Assembly: GCA_032718475.1 (NCBI GenBank)
Contig: JAUCBJ010008976.1
Coordinates: 62,001 to 126,000, forward strand
Length of the DNA stretch: 64,000 nucleotides
From: Nemertoderma westbladi
Lineage: Eukaryota; Animalia; Xenacoelomorpha
Reading direction: 5' to 3'
Every line of letters starts with the position of its first letter. Position 1 is the stretch's first letter. A program made the translations under genes and the position numbers. Positions 47,101 through 60,021 of the stretch are shown here, in pieces. The notes under the pieces are model-generated. The model had not been told where the DNA came from. It ran no database searches and saw nothing but the letters and a program-made list of their open reading frames with translations.

Positions 47101-49200
47101 TGTTCGGATGAGATCGGTTCGTCCCATGTCAGTCCATCTTTCCAGATACTGCGCATATATATTCTTGCTTGCAGTATTATTGGGCTGATGAAACCTAAGG
47201 GGTTGAACAGTCGACTCAGCTTTGACAAGCAAGACCTCTTTGTCAGAGAATCCCCTTGAGTGTCCAGTCTTACTTTCACTCGAAAGTTGTCTGTGTTCGG
47301 GTCCCAAAATAGTCCCAACACCTTGGTCGTCGGTAGTGGTTCCAACTCTAAGTCAATATCACCACCCCCACGTTCAGTCGTTTCGAATGAATTTACTAGT
47401 TCGGCACTGTTTGAGGCAAACTTGGTGAGGTTAAAACCTCCGCCTGCTAAACAGTCCCGTAATTGATGTGCTACTGTTATAGCACGTTCTACTGTGTCAC
47501 AACTTTGTAATCCATCGTCCACTAAAAAATCTCATTCTACGATCTGGATTACCTCTGGGTCATATTTATGTTTCTGATCCCTAGCGGTTTGTTTTAGGGC
47601 GTACATAGTGCAGTTTGGGCTGTCCCTGGCACCGAATACGCGAACTTGCATTTGGTAAGTCGCCGGTGGTTGACTTAAGTCTCCATCCGGATACCAGAGG
47701 AACCTCAAACTGTCTCTGTCTCGCTCTAACGCTCGCACTTGGTGAAACATCGCTTCTACGTCACAAGTAAATGCTATTTGGCGCTGACGGAAGCGCATAA
47801 TCACCCCCATGAGATAATTATTCATGTTTGGTCCATCCATCAGCTCACTATTGAGAGACATTCCCTCAAACAGAGCCGCGCAGTCATTAACTACACGTAC
47901 TTTGTCTGGTTTATCTGGGTGCCTCACGTAGTGATGTGGCAAGTAGTATGTCTGGTCTGTTACAATCTCTGGGTTAGTCATTTTGATAGCGTACCCTTTT
48001 GTCAAATACATCTCCATCTGGGTATTATACTGCAGATGGGATTTCTCGTCCTTTAATAAATGTTGTCGTATTGAGTTTAAACATCTTAAGGCTAGCGGAT
48101 AATTATTTATAAGTTTAGGACGTTGGTTACGCCATAGCATCCCTACCTCATAATGCCTGTCTTTCGTCTGGCGGATAGTATCTTCCATGATCTTTAAAGA
48201 TTGTTTCTCTTGTTCTGACATACATGGTTCGTAACTACCAGGTTCGGCTGTATCTTGTTCCAACCATCTGATAGATTTCTCTGTTAATTCTTTGTCTCGT
48301 GCGGCTTGTTCCACTTGATGATTTCTTAACGCGTCTTCATCGACGGGCGTTGTTGAGGTTATTGGTTGAGGTAGACTCGCAAACCTTCCGGCGTTATCAT
48401 CTATCGTTGATAGAACCTCTGCCTGACTCCGCTCCTTCTCAATCTCCACACTACCCTTGTGGATTTGCTGCTCTTTGTGACTTATCGTACTCGCTACACA
48501 CGTCGTACTTGTAATGTTGTTGGGTTTTGTCGAACGTAGTGTAGTATAGTCCTTGTCGTGTGAAAAAGAATGAGTTGAAGTTGTAGTTAATAAACTACTT
48601 GTACTTTGTACATCGTCTTCCTCATCACTTATATCTAGTGTGCGCACAGGCGCTCGAGTATACCAACCTATCGGAGTTCGACAGGCGTATGCATTTCCTG
48701 CTACGACTACCGATGGTCTGGTTTCCCACACTTGATGTAAGTTGAATTGATCTGTCCCGATCAGCATTGCTACTGATCTATAGTTAACAGGACATTCAGG
48801 TACACCAAGGTGTCTGAAATACTTACGATCCTCTAAGGATTGTTCTGGCACTGGACCCAGTAGATTACTAAAGTCCTTTGTGGCCGCAAAAGTTAAATCC
48901 TTGAAGGGTAACAAAGACCTCTCCCTTTCGCTATGTTGCGATTTCGGAAGAAGAGTGTCTAAGTTTAACTTAACTCGTGTCACTGGTATTGCACGTTGTC
49001 CATGCATACTACTTACAGTGTATTTGACGTTCTTACCTTGTCGGAGATCCGTCACGACATCAGCTACCTTCTCATTCACATAACTGTGAGATGAGGCTGA
49101 ATCTAGGATAGCGTAGATTCGATTGCTCCCTTTGTGCCAGTAATCTTGACAGGAATTATGCTAAAACCTTTTAGTTGGTCAGGTGTCAGAAGCGGAATCG
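44160..49200 (-). pseudogene. BEL/Pao pol (protease, RT, RNase H, integrase), frameshifted
   Basis: PR: IPVKI..DSASSHS (broken). RT: YLPHHYV, KVRVVNDC, DVEAMFHQV, FGARDSP, VDD. Pao RH: LHCFSDASDNGFG, ELQAA, WTDA. IN: H..HAG..C..CKK, GIDCFGP, SDQGTNFVGA, GGVWERLI. Confidence 0.95.
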
Positions 49201-49495
49201 ATGGTTGTTCGTCTCCATCTGAGTATATGTCGTCGTCCTCGGTTTCCTCATCAGAAGACCCGGACTGCTCTGGGAAACAATCCCGAATATGCGTCACGAA
49301 CGTTGGTGTTGTTCTCGACTCTCGATTCTTATATACCGTATTACATTTCGCTGCTGCTTCTGGGTGTTCCCTAGCGAAGCGTTTTGTCGGCGTATGACTG
49401 TCGGTATGGAGCAAACCGTCATGGTTGCGTCCACAGGATGGACAGGTGTCCGTATTTGGGCAGTCTTTTCGAACGTGTCCGTGTTGAGTACACCA

Positions 49496-51443
49496 CTAAC
49501 AAGAATCCAATGGCCGTATTTGTAGTCTTCGTTCTTCCGAGTTTAACTCGCGAAACAGCCGACAACCTCTTAACTTGTGACTGGTATGCCGCTTGCCTAA
49601 CTGCTCACAGTATTGGCAACCGCTAAAGTCTGCACTCAGTTGCTGTCTGGTCTGTTTGATCCCAATAGGTGCGGATACTTTACTACCGTCCGAAAATTGT
49701 CGGGTTTCTGTCGATGTGGCGTAAGTGGCCGTCTTGGTGGATGTTGTCTGGGGTTTTTGTCGGTTTGAGGATGGTAAGGTGATTCCTTCTGCTACAATGT
49801 GTTGGTCGGTGTAGTTGGCATTAATAGGTATACATCCTCTAATTTCAAAAATCCACCCCGTTCTTCCCGCTGTTATTCGATCTTCCTCCACTCCCGACGA
49901 AGTCGATGGTGGAGTCTTCCTATGATTTTTAATAGGACTGTAGGGGTGTTCCAGTAATCGAGTTGTCCAATAGATCTTAATGTAGTGATAGCGTTTTTTA
50001 TTTCGTCAGCTAGTTTTAGTAAGTCGACGGGTTTAGTAATAGCCCCCCCCCCTCCTTACAGAGTTCCTCTATCACTGACTTGGCCATGCTGACTGTACCT
50101 CCATAGATTGAAGTTAAGCGATCGTATGCTAACTCGAAGGCATCTGGTACACCAACGAAAGTCTCCGCTAAGCGTTTTGGTTCTCCCGTCAAGGTTTGAA
50201 GCCGATAGTTGAACTTTTCCCTTGATGTAAAAGCGCACGCCGCAATTTGAGATTCGATGTAGTCTACGAACGTGTGCCAATGTTTAGAGTTACCGGAAAA
50301 CTTAGGTGGTTGTTGCACCGGTAGTCCTTGTCTGGCTGCGAATTTAGCTATCTCCTCGGCTACGTTCAAAGTTTCGCGTCCTTGGTTGGCAATCGAGTTG
50401 ATGTTCTCCCATCTTGGCGCTTTTCTTTGATACGAGGTGTTTCTTGAAGGTATCACTCTTTGCGGTTCCTTCGGGCTTCTATTGTGTTCGAATTCGGTGT
50501 TTCGCGAACTATCTGTTTGAACTTCCTCCAAGCGTTCCTTGATCTGAGCCAACTTGTTAACAACCAGTCACAAAATGTCGGCAAATTGTTGCGTACTGAT
50601 CGCGTCCGTTGGTTGTAACGCTTTCTGAGTTGGTGTATTTTGTGGAGGATTGTTTCTAAAGGAATTTGTTGAACGCTCGCGTTTGCATTCATCGACCGCT
50701 CCGGTTCTAAACACCTCGCGTTCCGGGTAATCCGATTCGCTTGAAGTACTACTATCATCTGGATACGGTGGCCGACGTGCTCGCGTCCGTTGGGTTGTCC
50801 GAATTCTAACATTCCGTTTCGAAACATTGTCTACTGGTTTCCGTCGTTCGGTAGGCTCGCAGGTCGGAAACCGACTCACCTAATAACTGGTCCGCTTGTT
50901 CCTGTTGTATCTGTCTAACGGTCGTCTTAAACTGAATCAGTTTCTCCCTAGCGATCATTAATTTCTCGAGGATTCTAAACTGTGTGTCCATATCCTGTCT
51001 CTGCCTAGCTAGATCTTGTAGACCAATTAGATTATCTACGGACTTATGTACTTTACTCTGTACTCTAACCTGTAGGGTGTAGAACTCGAACCGAGACATC
51101 GGAGCGGTCAACTCGTCTAATATGCGTTGGCCTTCTCCAATACTATAGTAATATGCGCCATATATCCTCCGACGCTTCTAACCACGCTCTCCTGGTTTCC
51201 TACTGAACTTACCATGTCCGTTTCCCTGTGTCTAGGTTGCGGGACCGTTAGAAAATCCTCGGTCCTGCCGTCGCCTCGTACTACGGCATCCGGTACTCCC
51301 GTTGGATGTACTGGTGACGCGCACGGTGTAGGTTCGGTAGGCTCACGAGTCTTCCCCTGTGGTTCTTCCGCTTCTGACTTATCCGCGTCACATGAGTCAT
51401 AGTCGGTAGGTGTATTCTTCGTATAGTCTTGTTTGTCACTCAT
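49496..51443 (-). pseudogene. BEL/Pao gag, fragmented
   Basis: PPKFSGNSKHWHTF..EKFNY..LTGEP..AYDRLTSIYG (Pao gag type) and a CQYC..H.SHKL..C knuckle, split across several frames. Confidence 0.85.
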
Positions 51444-52242
51444 TTTGGTAGTTGTAAGTCAAGTAAAGTGAGTGTCAATGTATCAAACTTACCGTATTTA
51501 TATCTAAACGGTATTAATTACAGTCATATAAAATTAGCCTACCGGCCGATTTTATAGCAGATGGATAAAATTAGCCTAGCGGCCAATTTTACAGCAAATA
51601 AATGTCACGGAGTAAGTATATAATAAAATTAGCCTGGCGGCCAATTTTACAACAAATAAATCAGATAACGATATACGTTATCAAAAGGTAAATTAAATAC
51701 AATAATTAACGGACTAATTCAGCAATAAACAAAGAAATCGTACGGAATGCATAAATACTTGAGACAGTGGAACCCACAATAATTTTAACTAATACGGTAA
51801 TGCCTAACTGATTTATGCAACTTTTCAAACTCACCCCCTCCAATGATTCTCCAGAAAAACAGATTCCCAGATACAAAGCGGACGTGAACCTTTCCGTTTC
51901 CAGCGTTGCAGACGAAGTGCGATTTTCCCAACCAAAGTTGTTGAGTTATCTATCTCCCAAACTTGCTAAACACGGTCTTGCTCTCGTTACAGTCTAGAAA
52001 TGAGCTCTGAATCCTGAAAAACAAAAGAGTTAGGTTTTACTTTTACGAAAATTTTGTACCGGTACAAAATGGTATTTAAACCCCTTTTAAACACCGGTAT
52101 TCAATTCCAAATATTTTACACGCGTTTCAAATCAAAGTTTTATTTCAAAAAATTAGCACTTAGCTAATCAAATATAAACTTTTACCTCAAAATACAAAAT
52201 TTTCAAATAACTTTAGTCCTACCGAACCGTAGTTCAGTAAAA

Positions 52243-52253
52243 CACATTCCTAC
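52243..52253 (-). promoter_or_regulatory. Non-tRNA primer-binding site of BEL element 1 (GTAGGAATGTG)
   Basis: Abuts the 5' LTR and has no TGG. It is perfectly complementary to 11 nt within the LTR (53277-53287). Confidence 0.6.
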
Positions 52254-54111
52254 TATTTGGAGAGACAGTAACAAAATACCCTGCAATATCCTACTGTAAA
52301 GTTTGTGAATCAAATTATAAATCCGACCTTCTCACCAAAACAGTAAACTCTAAGTAAGCGAATATATTGCAGTATCGGTCTCTTATAACCGGTGAGGCAG
52401 AAAACAGTCTACGAACGGACAAACTTCGATAAAACAAAATCCCGCGCAGCGAATCCTAAAATCGGGCTGACTCACTGACGGACTAAGGGCGCTCGTATAC
52501 TTTGCCGCAGTGTGATTTATATGGTTGGGATAGAGAGATGCTAGCTAGGTGCAGAAAGGTCTAACTAGCGGGCAAAGCGCAGTACGGACAAAATTATTTT
52601 ATATATTTTGAGGTGTAAATAATTTCTAACGCGCGTGTGTCTTGATTCTAACAGTCAAATCAGTTTTAATCCTTCACATATATAATTACTGGGTCCGGTG
52701 TGCATTTTACAAATATTCTAATTTTATAACTTGTAGGTCCAATACTCACGAATGATAAGGCTCCTTCCCCTTTTGTGTATTTCAAGGACTCAAATTCAGG
52801 CATAAGGTTAATACTACGCCCAGAATTCGGCAATTTAATTTACCAGGTCCCTAATACTAAGAAGAAATGTGTTAGTTTACTACAGTAGGCGTACAGTTAC
52901 TAATAGCTAGCCTGGCGTTCTTATCTAGAATTTTGGTTGCCTAGATGGGCACGGCAACTTCCTAACAGAATGTTGGCGGGGACACGGTAGATGTTAGTAT
53001 CCCTAATAGCCTCAATTTATTTGCGCCTAGTGGTAAACTGTCCTACCGCCTGAACGGTACAATCCCAATTCAGGTAAAACACAGTAGCCCTTCTAGCCTA
53101 CAAGTTCAAATGCAATGGACACCGTTGTACTACAAACAATCACCGACGCACCTATACTTAGCAAGAGTTAGGCGTACAGTTTGCTGCACCCTACCAATGT
53201 ATATGCCTTGTACTGGTGTGCCTGCGTCCTATCTGTGTACTAGTATCTTTCTGCCTGATCTCCTCTCCTCTCCCCCGTAGGAATGTGAAGGTCTACTGCG
53301 GGTTTTCTCTGAATTAAGACAGTACGGTCCCTAGATGTAATTTTTTTAGCGCACAGCGTGTCACTACCTCTACCTTCGATCTTTGGTCTTACACTTAGGT
53401 AGCAAGGCATTGAACGCTGTCTAACCTTTCAGGCGATGGGCGCATAACTAAGAATGAATATTGTGGGTTGTCTCCTTCCTACATTCCTCTGATGTTCCCG
53501 TCTATCGCCGCGGTCCGATGTTTAGCCAGCCATCTGTCCCTCAGTTGGGTTCACCGTGGTGAAGCATAGTAAAAAACAGATGTAACAAGTATTTTCTAAC
53601 TTTATTACAGAATTAAACAATAACTATTATACAATAAATATAACAAGAGTGAAGATAACTAATGAACAAAACCGCACCATTTATAGCAAATTTGTGCTGC
53701 AATCAATCGAGATAAATCTACATTGTTCTATGAGTTCTAATAGGTTTTTAAAGAAAACTATTGGTCCAGCAAACACGTATCTTACACGACATTGGTTACA
53801 ATCTAATAACTGCAATCCTATTGGTTAATCTACCTTGAGCAAATGCAATTTAATTCGTAGCGGTTAATTTAAATGAGTCGAAACTTAGCACAAAAAATAA
53901 TTCGCACCTACTAGGATTCGAACTCGATACCTACTACACGAATTTCCAACGCTTAACCGACTGAGCTACTGAACCACTTGAACAATGTTATACAAATAGA
54001 TATACTGAATGCAAATGAGGACTTAATGTAATCTTTATAGCAAAGTTAATTCGAACAAAATAACATTTTGAAAATCCACGGCATTTGCATTTGTGAGAAT
54101 ATAATTCTATA
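52254..54111 (-). repeat. 5' LTR of BEL element 1 (1858 bp)
   Basis: Direct repeat of 37458-41093 minus the LINE insert. Confidence 0.95.
53892..53975 (-). ncRNA. tRNA-derived Pol III unit in the 5' LTR
   Basis: Same A box, B box and T6 as 40874-40957. Confidence 0.7.
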
Positions 54112-54667
54112 TATAAGTTGCTGCGTTTAAACTGCAAACAAGTTAAGTTGCCTCGTTTAAACTGCGAACAAGTTAAGTTACCTCGTCTAAACTGCGAACA
54201 AGATAACTTGCTGTGTTTAAACTACGAACAAGTGAATTTGCTGCGTTTTAAACTACAAACAAGTTTAGTTGCAGTGTTTAAACTGCGAACAAGTTAAGTT
54301 GCTGCGTTTAAACTGCAAACAAGTTAAGTTGCCTCGTTTAAACTGCGAACGAGTTAAGTTGCTGCATTTAAACTGCGAACAAGTTATAAGTTGCTGCGTT
54401 TAAACTGCGAACAAGTTAAGTTGCCTCGTTTAAACTGCGAACAAGTTAAGTTGCTGCGTTTAAACTATGAACAAGTTAAGTTGCCTCGTTTAAACTGCGA
54501 AAAAGTTAAGTTGCCTCGTTTAAACTGCGAAAAAGTTAAGTTGCTGCGTTTAAACTGCGAACAGGTTAAGTTGCCTCGTTTAAACTGCGAACAAGTTATA
54601 AGTTGCTGCGTTTAAACTGCGAACAAGTTAAGTTGCTGCATCTAAACTGCGAACAAGTTAAGTTGCT
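54112..54667. repeat. 30-bp satellite array, copy 2, right part (the MITE-like copy 2 spans 33995-54714)
   Basis: The array resumes exactly at the TSD. Confidence 0.97.
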
Positions 54668-54925
54668 CAAAATGACGTTGCTAGTTGCGTTGCCCACGAC
54701 GTGTAAACCGGCCTTGAAGTTGTTGCTATAGCTACTGTATACTGCTACGGAAACATGACATTTGTTGAGGATTATTTATTTTCATTACTCCATTCTATCA
54801 CATAGTCCTACATTGTTATTTATCGATGAGTACAGTTGTTTATCATTGGATCTACCCGATGCATTAGAAGTAGAACATTTAAAGTGATTAAACCCACACA
54901 CACATGTTGTGGATTATTTTTTCAT

Positions 54926-55467
54926 TGTTAGCGAATCAATTCCGCCTCACCAAACCCCATAAAGTGAGCCATAAAGCAATATTGGGAGCACGAGGTTGAT
55001 TACCAATATCAACCTCGTGTCACCCCAATAAAGTGGGAAGGGAAGGAGAAACACACAATGGAGGTCAGGGGCCAAACCCCTAACCCAAAGAGAACAGGTG
55101 GAGTGAACGGGAACACTCCAAAGGGTGCCAACAGGGGTATCAACCAATCAGAGGGGGGAAAGGCATCGATTAGGTACAGCAATAAGGCCACCGTGCAATA
55201 TAACCAGTTACCAGTAATCATACCAGTCAGTTATCCTAGTATCATATTGGTGCTAGTTAGGTTAGATAGTTTAGCTAGGGAAGGACCGGGACTTTAGTTA
55301 CCGTATCCCGCCTTCCGTGTACAACAACCTATATCCATATCTATATCTATATCTTTATGCCGATTATTATATACAACGAATGATACGAACTCATTTACTC
55401 TTCACACACGGCGGGGACGCGTGAACTAACACCGGATAAACCGGGATCCTTCCTGGATCCCGTCACA
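54926..55467 (+). repeat. 5' LTR of BEL element 2 (542 bp)
   Basis: TGTTAGCG...CGTCACA, with TATA-like AATATAA (~55197) and a TCAGTT initiator (55227). Confidence 0.97.
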
Positions 55468-55476
55468 GTAACTAAA
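55468..55476 (+). promoter_or_regulatory. Non-tRNA primer-binding site of BEL element 2 (GTAACTAAA)
   Basis: Abuts the LTR and has no TGG. It is complementary to TTTAGTTAC at 55293-55301 in the LTR. Confidence 0.55.
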
Positions 55477-55515
55477 ACCAACTGCTGCCCTAGCTAGTAA
55501 CTAAACCCTTCGGTA

Positions 55516-58500
55516 GTGATTAAACTCAGAGCTGCCGTCCTAGCTAGCGACTACCAGCCACCAAAGACGAAGATGAGTCGAGAGAGAAGAACGACACCGC
55601 CGCGGACCCCGGACGACGATCTAATGATCCGCGAGGCCACGGCGAGACGATACGGACCCACGACGCCGGTCGATGCTACGCCGACCACGTCGACGCACAT
55701 TGACGCCACGTCGATAACGAGCGGCCCGGCGAACCAAGATGTGGGGGGTCGTCTACAGCGAGAGAGCGAGTCGAGTAAAGGAGAGAGCGAGACGAGGGAG
55801 GAGAGAGACGAGTCGACACACGACGGCAGTCGATATGCCGATGTCGCCGGCCAGCCACAGGCCGAGGGCGACGGACGGCCCACCGGAACGGCAACGGTGG
55901 GGCCGACGGTACGACGCCGAACCCGGAGGGAGAGAGGAGATGTCGACGACGAGGACGTCGGGGTCGTCCGGCTCCGACGAGCCTACGCCGCAACCCGGGA
56001 ACAACTGAAAGAAGCTAGAGGAGGGGCTGAGATAGACCAGGTGAAGTTGAGGAGACGACTAGGTGAGTCGAACAGATACTTTGATTACCTAGTGCGTTCT
56101 GGCCAGGGAGAACTAGCCAGCGAGAGAGCGAGAGGGGTTGCCATCGAACTGTTTGGGCTATGGGAACGTAGGGGTATGGGGCCTGATGTAGGGTACATAG
56201 GGCCATACTTAGTCGATGCCAGGGAAGTTAAGTTAGTGGGTTGGGCGGGACCGCACGAGGGCGAATCCGAGGTTAGCTCCGAGGATTCGGTCTCGTCGGT
56301 CAGCGAGAACCCCGGAAAGCGGGGGAATGTTAGTAGGACGGAGGGGCGGCGGAAGTCCGTCGCAACCGATAAGTCTGCTACATCCTCCGCAAAAGAAAGA
56401 CGGGTGCGAGAGAGTGAACGCATGGCATATAAATTAAAAATGGAAGAATTAGAGTGGCGACTGAGGGGAAGGAAAGACAAGAGAGTGAACGCGAAGAGCG
56501 TGAGGCAAGAGAACAGAGCGTGCAGTACACGTACAGTACGTACAGTAACCGTACGGGCGGGGGGGGGGGGGGTAGTAGTAGTGCGTTAGGGAATATTGGT
56601 ATTAATAGTACCGTAGTAAATAACCCTAATCCCTTTATTACAGGAAATATTTTACCCGGTAGTAGTAATTTAAGTTTAAATTCAAATAATAATATTAATT
56701 CAAATATTCAGAATAATCAAAATAATTCAACTAATTCGAATAGCAATTTAAATTTTGAAAATAATAATAATTCTAACTTAAATAATTTAAATAATCCCAT
56801 TTCAAATTCTAATAATTTTATTGATTTAACAAATAATATTGGGAATGGTGCTATTAATGTGAACGCATCAGACGTGTAAAGCCCGGCAGACGGCGGCCTG
56901 GTAGGCCGCGTAGTTAGTAGGCAGGAAGTGGCGCGGTTGAGCCAACCCGAGGTGGGCCTGGTAGGCCACGCAGTAGTAGGGAGAGAGGCGGGGGTGAATG
57001 GACCCAGGCGTAGTAGAGACAGTGTGTCGACTAGAGAGGGGTGTAGAGACGAAGTAAGAGATATTGAAGTTAGATGTGGCGGGTGGGGGGGGGGGGCTAC
57101 GGGCGCCCCACCACATGAGATTAGCGGCGAGAGAGGGGGGGCAGAGAATGCCCCACAAGAGGGGTGTAGAAGTGTAGTAAGAGGTAGTGAAGTTAGAAGT
57201 GGCGGGTGGGGGGGGGGGGGGGCTACGGGCGCCCCACCACAGAAGATTAGTGGCGAGAGAAAGGGGGTAGAGAGTGTCCGACAAGAGGGACGCAGAAGTG
57301 TAGTAAGAGATAGTGAAGTTAGAAGTAGCGGGTGGGGGGGGGGGGGCTACGGGCACCCCACCACGAGGGATTAGTAGCGAGAGAGGGGGGGCAGGGAGTG
57401 TCCCACAGGCGTCGGCGGATAATGCGCGGGCCGAATTAGGTAAACCGCAACACCCGGCGACGGAGAGTAATAGGGGGATTGCGAGTATCCCCAGCGGCGT
57501 GCGATCGAGCAGAGAGAGACAGGTTGACGTCACGAGAGGGCGGGCGACGGAACGTCGAGCCCAGTCAGAAGAGAGAAGATTAGTAGAGTTTAATAGAGAG
57601 GTCAAAGATAGGAGAAGATTAGTAGAGTATAATAGAGAGGTCGAAGATAGAAGAAGATTAGCAGAGTTTAACCGAGAGGTCGAAGAGAGAAGAAAGGAAG
57701 ATAATAGAAGAGTCGTTGCTAGGGGCAACCGGAGAGCGAGGACGGATAGCGAGCCGTCAGTAGTAGAGATGGATACGGAGAGTCAGTGGGGTCGAACTTC
57801 GGGAGATTGCCGTCGCCCCGGAGAAACGCACCGCACGCCAGGAGAGGGGTACAGGATGTACCGATACGAAGAAGAGAACAGGAGTGGGGATCGAAGAGAA
57901 ACTTCCCGACGTGATATAGCTGCCGATCGAGAGTACGGTAGTCGCGGGGAGATTCGAGATTCGAGAAGAATAAACTTCGATTCGGAAGGGCACATGCAGA
58001 CTGCAGGACATACTGTAGGCCTTACTGCACATACTATTATAGGCCATGCTGGGAGAGATAGAGTAGGCGATAGGGTAGCGCGGACGACGGGATTAAACCC
58101 GGAAGTCGCGGAGTACATACCGGTAGGTAGGCAAGAAGTGAATAGGCCTATATCGGTACCGGTACAGCAGCATGACTATAATTTCCAGGGACACAACATA
58201 TATCCAGGGGAGGGGGGAATTATTGCAGATAGATGTATGGGCCCCAATATATTAACATCAACCCCAGTACCAAACATACCGGTGGGAGGGGGACAGGGTG
58301 ACATTCCCCCATCACAATATCAACAATATACCCCAATAGGAGCAAGAACATCGAACCCCTTGGACGAGAGCAGGTCATGCAACACGGAAATATGGAGGGG
58401 GCCGTTACCCCCAATGATATATCCGATGCAACAAATTAAATCAACAACAGATAGGACGGACAGACCGCATCCAATAGGGGAGTCTATACAACATCCATCG

Positions 58501-60021
58501 AACCCATTAGAAGCGCAAGCGATGGGAATGGCCACATTGATCGATGCGTTAAAAACTAGGATCGAGTTACCACCTGTGGAACCATTTAAATTCGATGGGA
58601 GTAGGCCGGAAGAATATCTACAGTTTCGGCGCATGTATAGTAACGAAATATTAAGTAAGAACTTGACGCAGGCGGAGTGCCTAAAATATCTGCAAGTATA
58701 TACAGGAGGCCCAGCATACGACATCGTGAGGCAATACCAGGGCATCGAGGGCGGCTTCACGACAGCATGGCGGGCGCTAGATAGGGAATACGGGCACCCG
58801 GCCAAGATCATCCGGCAAACCCTGAGAGGCATAACATCGGGTGGCCTACAGGATAATCCCGTTAGCATAAGGACCTTTGCGAACAAGGTCGAGAGGGCGT
58901 TAATCGTGTTAAAGACGCTAGACGCACCATACGAACTCAACGCGTCTAACAACATCACCACGATAGCGCAGGCACTGCCGATCTGGCTGCGGAGAAAGTG
59001 GAGGAAGATCGCCTTCTCCACTCGAGAGAAGAAAGGTGCGGAACCGGGCCTAGAAGAAATGTCGAGCTTCCTAAACTATGAAGCCGAATTAATTACAGAC
59101 CCAGTCTATAGTGAGGATAGTTTGGGGAAGGCACCAAAGACCGAATACAACAGGCCTGGACCCGAACATAATCCGACAGACCCATTCTCGGGAGTGGGAC
59201 AATCACTACCACATGCAGCCACACAGGGGACTGCTAGTCCACAGTTAGCTGGTAGCAGGGCCACACCGTGGCAGGGACAGAAAGAAAATAACACCATAAA
59301 TAAACACAATCCCAATATACCCAGTAGGCCGAGTACAGACAACCAAAACACTAAATCGGTACATATAAACCTAGGCGCGATACGTGAGGGACTATACAGG
59401 GAATGCTATAATCCAGGATTTGAATGTCAATTACATCGGGATGGAACACATAAGACCAGGAGTTGTAAGCACTGGCAAGCGTTGCCCAAAAAAGATCGTA
59501 TAGCCTACACAGACGCAAACGGACTATGTCATCGATGTGTGGTAGAAGGGCACAGATCCGGAGAGTGTAGAGAAACAGCAGTTAGAGAGTCCGAGACTGG
59601 AGGCCAGGCAATGGCCACAAGCACGACAGAAGAGGAGAAGAAGAGAAAAGTACTACTCGGGGTAGTACCAGTAAAGATATCAGGAGAGGGCGGTCGATCA
59701 GTAACGACGTTAATGCTGGTCGACAGCGGAGCAGCCTTCACGCTGGTGGAGAACAGGGTGGCCGAAGAGATAGGGCTAAAGACGAGGCCGAACAGAATGG
59801 CGGTAACTACCGTCTCGAGTAAAGATGAGGTCCTGGAGACGAGGACGGGGCGGTGCAGGATAGCAGCGATTGCACCGGGATGCAACTATGGGGCGACTAT
59901 CGACCCCATTCACATCATCGAATCGATAAACATCAACGCCAGGCGACCAACCAACATTGAGGTCGAGCAATATAGATTCCTGGACGGTATCGATTTCTCA
60001 ATAGTTCAGGTGGATGCTTAG
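55516..60021 (+). pseudogene. BEL/Pao gag-protease; 5' part frameshifted at poly-G runs, 57313-60021 open
   Basis: LPPVEPFKFDG..EYLQF..CLKYL..GPAYDIV..AWRALDREYG, knuckles CQLH..H...C and CHRC....H....C, and protease LLGVVPVKI..LVDSGAAFT. Confidence 0.88.

Larger units (their letters stand above)
37458..54111 (-). mobile_element. BEL/Pao LTR retrotransposon 1: full length, degenerate ORFs, ~1.86-kb LTRs with TAT...ATA termini
   Basis: LTRs at 37458-41093 and 52254-54111; 5-bp TSD TATAA (37453-37457 / 54112-54116); gag-PR-RT-RH-IN order with Pao-type motifs. Confidence 0.95.

Noticed and set aside
56575-56875. Asn-rich ORF suggesting a prion-like domain
   Set aside because: It is an AT-rich low-complexity segment inside the frameshifted gag 5' region, and its true frame is uncertain because of adjacent poly-G runs.
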